Source of the DNA: Candidatus Saccharimonadota bacterium
Lineage (GTDB): Archaea; Micrarchaeota; Micrarchaeia; Micrarchaeales; Micrarchaeaceae
DNA length: 32,000 nucleotides
Assembly: GCA_963705375.1 (NCBI GenBank)
Contig: OY970071.1
Span: forward strand, 570,001 to 602,000
Reading direction: 5' to 3'
Shown here: one piece after another, positions 6,935-13,998 of the stretch
Layout of the letters: the number at the start of each line of letters is the position of its first letter
How positions within the stretch are numbered: position 1 is the stretch's first letter
Position numbers and translations under genes: made by a program
The notes under the pieces: model-generated
What the model saw: the letters and a program-made list of their open reading frames with translations, nothing else
What the model was told of the DNA's origin: nothing
The model's database searches: none

Positions 6935-9138
6935 TCCGCACTTCTTTTCTTCGACTTCGGCTTGATGGGCAGGCTGAACCAGAATGTGCTGCCCCTTCCT
7001 TGTTGCGAGGTGAAGCCTATTCTGCCTCCGTGCAGCTTGATGATCTCTTTTGTTATGGACAAGCCAAGACCTGTGCCCGCACCGACCTGCGTCACCAAGT
7101 CTTTCTTGGGCGCCTCGTAGAATTTCTTGAATATCTTGTGCTTGTCCTCGTCGCTTATGCCTATACCGGTATCGATCACGTCGACCTCAACCGTCCTTTT
7201 GCTCTTCTTGAAAACTTTCACCGTTATGCTACCGCGCTCTGTGAACTTCACAGAGTTGCCTATGAGGTTCACGAGCACCTGAATCAGCCTGTTCGGGTCA
7301 GCAGTGATCTTCGGCACATCGAAGCTGGTGTTCCATGAGAACTCGAGATGCTTATTTGTCGCTGCGTCGCGCAGAGCGGTTATGCTGTGGCTGTTCGCAA
7401 GCTCGTTCAGATCGACTTCTTTCAGCTCAAGCTTGACCTTGTTCGCTTCCAGCTTCGCAGCGTCGAGCACCTGCTGTATGATCAGCATCAGCCTGTCGGC
7501 CTCTTGTGTTATTGTAGAAACGTAGTTGCGTTGCTCTTCGTTGAGGGGGCCGAACTCACCACCGTATAGAAGAGAGGAGAAGCCCTTTATGTTCGTCAGC
7601 GGCGTCTTGAGCTCGTGGGATATGTTGTATATGAACTGGGACTTCAGGAAGTTGTTTGCCCTTAGCTTGTTGGCTTCGTTCGCAAGTTCCTTTATCTTGC
7701 CCCCCTGATCCTGAAGGAGCCTCTTGGTCTCAAGCTCTTTCGCGAAGATGACATAGCTTGCGTCCCCGTTCACATCCTTCACGAGCCGCATCGAGCATGA
7801 TGTCGAAATGCGGCTGCTGTTCTTGGCTATGAAATCGACATATGAGTTGTCCACTTTTGTGCCGTTTATAACGTACTTCACGTCGCGCTCGAATATTGTT
7901 GGTTCGGCATATATGCTCTTCACGTCCCTTCCTATCAGCTCGTTCCTGGAATACTGGAGCATCGCTTCGACAGGCATGTTGCACTCCTTTATGTAACCAA
8001 GAGTATCCATGACGATCACGAGCTCAGAGGTGTTGCTGATGAAATCCTCGAGGGCGGCATTCACTGCAGAGATGTAGCTCTCTGCCTGTGCGTTAGTGAA
8101 AATGAGCACATAGCCCAGAGAATAGTTTGCAAGGGCGTACCGCAGCTTGGTCGACGCAGTCTTGATTCCATTGACATCGAATGTCCCGTGAAGGGGCTTG
8201 CCGTTGCTCATCGCAACGTCACGTTTGAACGCATCGCGCTCGTTCTCTTGCAGCATGCTGACGAAGCTCTTGCCCTGGAGCATGTCGCCGTTATAGCCCG
8301 TTATGCTCGAGAATGCGTTTGTCGAAGTTACGATGCCAAGATCGCGGTCTAGGACAAGGACGCCTATCTGCCCGCTGCCCTGCATCGCAGACGCCGCTGC
8401 ACTCAGCGTTTCAAGATCGGTGATGTCCTGCATTGAGATGTGAAGCAGCTTGTCGCTTATCTTGCTCGTGCTTATGTTGTAGACGCGCTCTTTGCGCTGA
8501 ACCTTCATGCCCTTGCCTGTCAGTGATGCCAGCTGACCGAAGTCCAAGCCTATCTCACGTACAGTGGCATGCGCAGGCAAATCCAGCATCCGTATGGCCG
8601 CACTGTTAGACTTCACCACAGAACCGTCGGTAGAAACGATCATTTGCGGCAGGATAGAGTTGAATGCACCGTTGAAATAGTTCGCGATGCTGAGATTCCT
8701 GCTGTTCTCTCGCTTGTACATCAGGGCAAAACCGACAAGATACGCACCGAAAGATATGCTACCTGTGACCTCTTCCGTGAATTTGTTTTCAGACGTTGAA
8801 AGAAGCCTGAGCACCGCTATGAGTCTACCGTTAACTATGACCGGCACGATAGCGCAGCTCTTGTAGCCTTTGCTGCGGTAGTTGATCAACTCTGGGAATG
8901 ACGAGAACTCGCTCAATTGGTTGTCTATGTAGGGCTTGCGCGTGTTGAAAAGATAGCCTTCAAGCGTGCTGGACGGCACCCTTTCATCAGACATGCTATC
9001 CATGCTGACCTGTTCGATTCCGAACGTGTTCGCTATAACACTCGAGAAATGTTTTGAGAGCTCTTCATCATTGGTGGCGCTGCTAAGTACAGGAATCAAT
9101 TCGTTAAGAAGTTTTTTTACAGAGGCATCGTCCGCCAT
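6922..9138 (-). CDS. Soluble sensor histidine kinase (GAF-like N-terminus, about three PAS-like modules, HisKA, HATPase_c)
   Basis: H-box FIYNISHELKTPLTNIKGF, N-box LIQVLVNLIGNSVKFT, G1 DTGIGI and G2 GTGLGLSITKEIIKLHGG. There is no TM segment. Confidence 0.9.
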   Translation of the reverse strand: MADDASVKKLLNELIPVLSSATNDEELSKHFSSVIANTFGIEQVSMDSMSDERVPSSTLEGYLFNTRKPYIDNQLSEFSSFPELINYRSKGYKSCAIVPVIVNGRLIAVLRLLSTSENKFTEEVTGSISFGAYLVGFALMYKRENSRNLSIANYFNGAFNSILPQMIVSTDGSVVKSNSAAIRMLDLPAHATVREIGLDFGQLASLTGKGMKVQRKERVYNISTSKISDKLLHISMQDITDLETLSAAASAMQGSGQIGVLVLDRDLGIVTSTNAFSSITGYNGDMLQGKSFVSMLQENERDAFKRDVAMSNGKPLHGTFDVNGIKTASTKLRYALANYSLGYVLIFTNAQAESYISAVNAALEDFISNTSELVIVMDTLGYIKECNMPVEAMLQYSRNELIGRDVKSIYAEPTIFERDVKYVINGTKVDNSYVDFIAKNSSRISTSCSMRLVKDVNGDASYVIFAKELETKRLLQDQGGKIKELANEANKLRANNFLKSQFIYNISHELKTPLTNIKGFSSLLYGGEFGPLNEEQRNYVSTITQEADRLMLIIQQVLDAAKLEANKVKLELKEVDLNELANSHSITALRDAATNKHLEFSWNTSFDVPKITADPNRLIQVLVNLIGNSVKFTERGSITVKVFKKSKRTVEVDVIDTGIGISDEDKHKIFKKFYEAPKKDLVTQVGAGTGLGLSITKEIIKLHGGRIGFTSQQGRGSTFWFSLPIKPKSKKRSADQLM

Positions 9139-9204
9139 CGCCGTCGCCCAAAATTAACCAAAATACAATCTTGTTGATTGCATCTACCATCTTAAGCAGC
9201 CAAG

Positions 9205-9214
9205 ATATTTAAAA
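9205..9214 (+). promoter_or_regulatory. TATA-like box (atatttaaaa) in the divergent HK/HEPN intergenic region
   Basis: It sits 16 to 25 nt upstream of the ATG at 9230 and about 35 to 40 nt upstream of the ATG at 9248. Confidence 0.35.
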
Positions 9215-9229
9215 TGGCGCACGCATATT

Positions 9230-9604
9230 ATGACTGGTGGAGAGGGCATGGAACGCATCGAGGAAATGCTGGTGGGCGCCTCGAAGGACTTCGATCTTGC
9301 GAAGCGCTACAAACAGGCAGGGGAATTCACCATAGCCGTGCTGCTCTATACAGAAGCCACAGAAAAGGTCCTCAAAGTCCTTTTCATGCGCGAGAACAGA
9401 AAGGAACCGCCTATCGGAGCATCGATAGAGTATCTGGCGCTGAAGGCGAGAATGCCAAAGGAGCTGTTGGAGGACACCGCTCTGCAGTATGCGGACAGTG
9501 ACGACCAGGTCAACGCAGACAGCAGGGTAGAGGAACGCGCGCTCGATATGGAGATCGCGGTGAAGAGGCTTCTGGACTATAGCATGGCATACGTATTGGC
9601 CTGA
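9230..9604 (+). CDS. HEPN-domain-like small helical protein (no obvious Rx4-6H motif)
   Basis: ASKDFDLAKRYKQAGEFTIAVLLYTEATEKVLKVLFM...PPIGASIEYLALKA..PKELLE matches the HEPN (PF05168-type) helix pattern A..dl..A......g.y..a....qqA.EKalKall. The start may instead be the ATG at 9248. Confidence 0.5.
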   Translation: MTGGEGMERIEEMLVGASKDFDLAKRYKQAGEFTIAVLLYTEATEKVLKVLFMRENRKEPPIGASIEYLALKARMPKELLEDTALQYADSDDQVNADSRVEERALDMEIAVKRLLDYSMAYVLA

Positions 9605-9746
9605 ACCCGCACCTGGAACGCGTTTGGATAGATATTTTGCTCTAACATAGAGTACGAAAGTGCGCGCTCTATGCGTGTGCATAGTGAATTATCGAATCTT
9701 GCGGATTGCCGCTAGTTAGTGCAACTTTTGCACATACACACACCAA

Positions 9747-12329
9747 TCACGTAGGGAAATATTCCATCACTGTGTTGGAAGGACCGCAATTGACCCAGTA
9801 GACGTTGCCGCCGCTGACCACTATGCCAGAAGGGTTGTACTGACCTGCGGCAAGTGGAATGATTGTGCCTCCAGAGTATTCCATAATAGAACCACCGACG
9901 GGGGCAGTCCAGTAGACGTTGCCGCCACTTACGGCTATTCCCTCAGGAGAGAGTTGATTTGAAGCAAGAACGATAGGTGTGCCGCCGGAATACTCCATTA
10001 CATTCCCAGTATAACCAGAACCACGAGAGTTTGCCCAGTATACATTACCGCCGGTGTCGACAGCAATATCTATAGGACTTGCCTGCCCAGTAGCTATCGG
10101 CGCAACAGTGACGCCGTCGTACTTCATGATGTTGCCGCTCCAGGCATCTGCCCAATAGACGTTGCTGCCGCTGGCCATTATCCCATATGGGCCACTCTGG
10201 TCAAAGGCGATGGTGTTGGTTGTGACGCCGTTGTACTCCATAACACTGTTGCTGCCGAACAAGTTAGTCCAGTAGACGTTGCCTCCGCCGTCTACTGTCA
10301 CAAATTGAGGGAAGTTCTGACCTGTGGCGATGGTGTTGGTTGTTACGCCGTTGTACTCCACGATATTGCCAGGAGATATAGAAACATATGCATTGGCCCA
10401 GTAGACGTGGCCGTTGCTGTCGACAAATATGCCCTGTGGATCACCTTGCCCAGTAGCTATCGGCGCAACAGTGACGCCGTCGTACTTCATGACATTGCCA
10501 TTTGGGTAAGCGCTATCGGTCCAGTAGAGGTTACCGCTGGAGTCGGCAGCTATGAAGCAAGGATAGTTCTGATCTGATGCTATAGGACGTTTGAAGTGGG
10601 CCGTTTCGCTCACCGCACTCGAAGGCATAGTAAACAACCAGGGATCAGAGGTGCTTGGGTTAGAGGTGAATGAAGATGTGCCAACCCACGCAGAGAAGGT
10701 ATATCCTGAACTTGTATCTGCAGTAGCCGTAAGAATGATATCATTTCCAGAGACATAGTTTCCATCAGAGCAACCACCAGAATGGGTTGGAGAGGCATAG
10801 ACAGAAGTGCCTCCTATACTGTATGAGAGCGTGAGAGGATAGCAAGTTTGAGATCCGCCACCGCCGCCACCTCCGCCCCCGCCGCTGCCACCGGATCCTG
10901 TGCAAGTATAACCTGCCTGGCACTCCACCACAGCGCCAGAACCGCTGTCTGCCCAATAGACGTTGCCGCTGCTGTCGACGGCTATGCCCGCAGGCGCGCT
11001 CTGCCCAGTGGCTATCGAATTAACTGTGCCTCCAGAATATTTCATCACGTCGCCGGAGCCCATGTCAGTCCAGTAGACGTTGCCCCTGTTGTCCACAGCT
11101 ATGCCGAGAGCGCCAGTCTGTCCGGTCGCGAGGGGCCTTACTGTATTCGAGCTCGCAACATATTCCATCACGTCAGCAGATGAGCTTCCAACGTTATCTA
11201 AGCTGCTCAGGTGAGTGTTTATCCAATAGACGTTGCCGCTGCTGTCGACCGCAATCAAAAGCGGGCCATCCGCTGTCGCTATTGTTCGATCAGAGCTGCC
11301 AGAATGCTCCCGGATTTCACTTGAACCAAAGTCAGTCCAGTAGACGTTGCCGTTGCGTGCAGCTATGCCGAGAGGCTCGCCCGCTCCATGCACAAGAACA
11401 CTGGCCACACTACCAGGGTACACCATCACGTTGCCGTCTCCAGCGACAGTCCAGTAGACGTTGCCGTTGCCGAAAGTTATTCCAATAGGCGATGATAGTC
11501 CAGAAGCGATATTAGTCGTCCCACCAGAAGAATGCTTCGACACGTTACCAGAGTTCATATCGGTCCAGTAGACGTTGCCGCTGCCATCTACGGCTATAAA
11601 GGCCGGATTGTCACCATTGAGATCGGTAGCAAGCGGCGTCACAGTATTCGTGCTTTTGACATACTTCATAACATTAGCATTGTCTTGCGTGGACTCTGTC
11701 CAGTAGACGTTTTCACTGCTGTCGACGGCTACTCCGAATGCGCTGTTCTGCCCTGAAGCCAATATTATCAAATTTTCGGATTGAGAGCCGCCACCACCGC
11801 CTCCGATTGTTGTGGTGCCGCCACCGCCTCCGCCACTTCCAGAACCAAAGGCAGCGACCCTGGCATTCACCGACCCAATTTGCACCACAAGGCCTGTTTG
11901 ACCGTTCTGCGCGTACTTCATCCAAAGCGTTCCGGCAAAAGGAGTGCCAAGTGCGTTAGATGATAAAGGGCATGGGAAGTCGACAGTCTGCTGCGAGCCC
12001 GCACCTAGCGCAATCCCGTTTGCTATAGTAGTATAACTTGAACTTGGAGGGGCAGCAGAGCCGCTTGAACATGCGACACCGACAACATTTATTGGCTGTG
12101 AAGAGCCTATCGTTGTGGACAAAATACCGTTGGAAAGCAGGACAGGGTTTGTGCACAGGTAGCCGACCTGTGTTACACAAGAGGTGCTTGAGGCCGCGCC
12201 AGTGCGAAAGACGCCCAAGCTGAACAGTGCGGCAAGCACGACAGCAATGATGAGAATCGCCCAGCCGTACGTCATCAAGTATTCCATAGCGGACTGAACT
12301 CTTAGTTTACGCTTGGGAGCGTTAGACAT
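9747..12329 (-). CDS. Giant pilin-like adhesin: class III signal peptide plus pilin domain, poly-Gly linker, 7-blade YWTD/NHL-type beta-propeller, poly-Gly linker, InlB-B-repeat-like domain, second 7-blade propeller
   Basis: The N-terminus reads KRKLRVQSAMEYLMTYGWAILIIAVVLAALFSL. Fourteen repeats have the pattern P.GIAVDssGNVYWtD...g.vmkY.g. The linkers are GSGSGGGGGGTTTIGGGGGGS and GSGGSGGGGGGGGGGS. The middle segment is YPLTLSYSIGGTSVYASP...GNDIILTATADTSSGYTFSAWVG. The ATG at 12329 follows AGGGTGA; a GTG at 12335 is also possible. Confidence 0.85.
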   Translation of the reverse strand: MSNAPKRKLRVQSAMEYLMTYGWAILIIAVVLAALFSLGVFRTGAASSTSCVTQVGYLCTNPVLLSNGILSTTIGSSQPINVVGVACSSGSAAPPSSSYTTIANGIALGAGSQQTVDFPCPLSSNALGTPFAGTLWMKYAQNGQTGLVVQIGSVNARVAAFGSGSGGGGGGTTTIGGGGGGSQSENLIILASGQNSAFGVAVDSSENVYWTESTQDNANVMKYVKSTNTVTPLATDLNGDNPAFIAVDGSGNVYWTDMNSGNVSKHSSGGTTNIASGLSSPIGITFGNGNVYWTVAGDGNVMVYPGSVASVLVHGAGEPLGIAARNGNVYWTDFGSSEIREHSGSSDRTIATADGPLLIAVDSSGNVYWINTHLSSLDNVGSSSADVMEYVASSNTVRPLATGQTGALGIAVDNRGNVYWTDMGSGDVMKYSGGTVNSIATGQSAPAGIAVDSSGNVYWADSGSGAVVECQAGYTCTGSGGSGGGGGGGGGGSQTCYPLTLSYSIGGTSVYASPTHSGGCSDGNYVSGNDIILTATADTSSGYTFSAWVGTSSFTSNPSTSDPWLFTMPSSAVSETAHFKRPIASDQNYPCFIAADSSGNLYWTDSAYPNGNVMKYDGVTVAPIATGQGDPQGIFVDSNGHVYWANAYVSISPGNIVEYNGVTTNTIATGQNFPQFVTVDGGGNVYWTNLFGSNSVMEYNGVTTNTIAFDQSGPYGIMASGSNVYWADAWSGNIMKYDGVTVAPIATGQASPIDIAVDTGGNVYWANSRGSGYTGNVMEYSGGTPIVLASNQLSPEGIAVSGGNVYWTAPVGGSIMEYSGGTIIPLAAGQYNPSGIVVSGGNVYWVNCGPSNTVMEYFPT
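10084..10492. repeat. Intragenic near-identical DNA repeats within the second propeller
   Basis: An exact 46-mer, tgcccagtagctatcggcgcaacagtgacgccgtcgtacttcatga, occurs at 10084-10129 and 10447-10492, a 363-nt in-frame offset. A 35-mer with one mismatch occurs at 10206-10240 and 10326-10360, a 120-nt offset. Confidence 0.9.
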
Positions 12330-12418
12330 TTTCACACCCTTGATTTTAATAGTAAAGAATCAGCCTACTTAACCTTTTCCTCTGTGTTTTTATACAGTGA
12401 GCGCACAATTAATGTGAA

Positions 12419-13078
12419 ATGACCGTCAAACAGATATTCGAGGGAGTCTACTCAATAGACGGCAAGCTAGCCACATTGAACCTCACAAAAGGCAAAAAGG
12501 CGTACACTGAGGAGCTTGTGACGCTTGATGGCAAGGAGTACAGGCTCTGGAATCCATATAGGAGCAAACTTGCAGCTTCGATAATGATAGGATTGAAGCA
12601 TTTCGCATTCTCGAAGAGCAGCAAAGTGCTTTATCTCGGCGCAGCGACAGGCACAACGTCGAGCCATGTCAGCGACATAGTCAGCACAAATGGACGCGTG
12701 TATGCCGTAGAGATATCTGAAAGGTCTATGCGCACGCTCATCGAGGTGTGCGAAACCAGAGAGAACATGATACCCATACTTGCCGACGCACGAGAGACGG
12801 AAAGGTACGCAGACGTGGTGGACATGTGCGACATCATGTACCAGGACGTGTCAGCCAGGGACCAGGCAGATATCCTTTTGAAGAACAGCAGATTCCTCAA
12901 GAAGAACGGTTATGCGTATTTTGCGATAAAGTCGCAGAGCATAGACGTGTCAAAGGACCCAAAGGAGATATACAAGGGAGAGCTCGACAGGCTGAAAGGC
13001 ACGTTCGCCGTGCTGGAAACCATGAGCCTGGAACCCTACGACAGCATGCATCTCTTCGTCGTGCTGAAGAAATTGTGA
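12419..13078 (+). CDS. flpA: Fibrillarin-like rRNA/tRNA 2'-O-methyltransferase
   Basis: YRLWNPYRSKLAA, the SAM motif VLYLGAATGTTSSHVSDIV, VYAVEIS, ILADAR and MYQDVS are collinear with archaeal fibrillarin over the full 219 aa. Confidence 0.95.
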   Translation: MTVKQIFEGVYSIDGKLATLNLTKGKKAYTEELVTLDGKEYRLWNPYRSKLAASIMIGLKHFAFSKSSKVLYLGAATGTTSSHVSDIVSTNGRVYAVEISERSMRTLIEVCETRENMIPILADARETERYADVVDMCDIMYQDVSARDQADILLKNSRFLKKNGYAYFAIKSQSIDVSKDPKEIYKGELDRLKGTFAVLETMSLEPYDSMHLFVVLKKL

Positions 13079-13131
13079 AAGCGTTAAGTTTTGAACGCCA
13101 AAGCAAGCACGGTGCGCTTGTTATTTAAGAA

Positions 13132-13998
13132 TTGGCTTGCATTACAAGAAGATTGAGTGATGCCGTGAAACTCGACCAGTACATAAAATACCTGGCGGTT
13201 TTGTTCAAGGCTCATCGCAGGCTGATATGCATTTACTGCGGCACTAAGACCGCTGCGCTGAGCGAGCTGTGCATGTGCTCGAACTGCGAGAACATTGCAC
13301 GCAACGACAGCAGGACATTCTCGAGTAAGGATCCGATACTGGACGGCAGTCTGCACCTGATAGAAGAAGCGACAATAGAACAGAGGTATGACATCGCCAT
13401 AGAAGAATATGAAAAGCTCGAACAGTACAAAGATGATCCTGCGCTGCTCTATGCGAAGGCGCTCTTGTACATAAAATACTCGAACCACGAAAATGCCAAA
13501 ATAAGTTACGACAGGCCGGGATTCATGGAGGAGAATGTTGCTGTGGTCGAACGCTCGTTAAGCCTTGCGTCGACAGCGAAGGCGTTGCTCGCAAAAGCGA
13601 TAGCAGCATCAAGGTGGGAGGCCGCTCAAGGCAACAACTCGATAAGCAATCTATATACGCTTCTGCTCGCGCAGCTCAAATTTGGAGAGTTGAAAGGTGC
13701 GCGAGAAAGCCTGGATGAGATAGAAAAGCAGGGCAGCCCGCTCATATACAACTACGCCGCTATGATCTTTGAGTCGCACATGGACAACTACGTCAAAGTT
13801 ATGGAGCACACCGACGCGATAATAAGCAGCGAGGAGGTGCTTGTAAACGCGTTCTTCTATGCAGGCCTGGCCCTATTCAAGCTTGGCAGGCAGGACGACG
13901 CAACGAAGCTACTCACAGCAGTTAGTGGAATGTCTTCCAATAGAAGCGTACCTGCACTGGTTGCAGAAATAAGAGCGGCAGATCTTATTTGGATATGA
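13132..13998 (+). CDS. Hypothetical protein with an N-terminal CxxC...CxxC zinc-ribbon and a TPR-like helical body
   Basis: Zinc-ribbon candidate CIYCGTKTAALSELCMCSNC, followed by helical repeats (DPALLYAKALLYIKYSN, NAFFYAGLALFKLGRQDDA). There is no ATG before the ribbon; TTG 13132, TTG 13153 and GTG 13165 are possible starts. Confidence 0.6.
   Translation: MACITRRLSDAVKLDQYIKYLAVLFKAHRRLICIYCGTKTAALSELCMCSNCENIARNDSRTFSSKDPILDGSLHLIEEATIEQRYDIAIEEYEKLEQYKDDPALLYAKALLYIKYSNHENAKISYDRPGFMEENVAVVERSLSLASTAKALLAKAIAASRWEAAQGNNSISNLYTLLLAQLKFGELKGARESLDEIEKQGSPLIYNYAAMIFESHMDNYVKVMEHTDAIISSEEVLVNAFFYAGLALFKLGRQDDATKLLTAVSGMSSNRSVPALVAEIRAADLIWI

Noticed and set aside
9209-9682. 157-aa minus-strand ORF antisense to the HEPN-like gene
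   Set aside because: Its composition is Cys/His/Arg-rich with no motifs, whereas the + frame gives a coherent helical HEPN-like protein with a TATA-like box upstream. I keep a residual doubt, which is reflected in the 0.5 confidence on the HEPN call.
9605-9746. Small hairpins in the convergent spacer (CATAGAG at 9646-9652 paired with CTCTATG at 9667-9673, GCGG-ATTG-CCGC, GTGCA-ACTTT-TGCAC), examined as a possible tRNA or sRNA
   Set aside because: The stems do not assemble into a cloverleaf and there are no conserved T-loop or D-loop sequences. They are most simply transcript 3'-end structures between two convergent genes.
10853-10906. Simple-sequence GCC/ACC tracts, considered as a CRISPR or other non-coding repeat
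   Set aside because: They are in frame inside a long ORF and translate to Gly/Ser linkers. There is no repeat-spacer periodicity.
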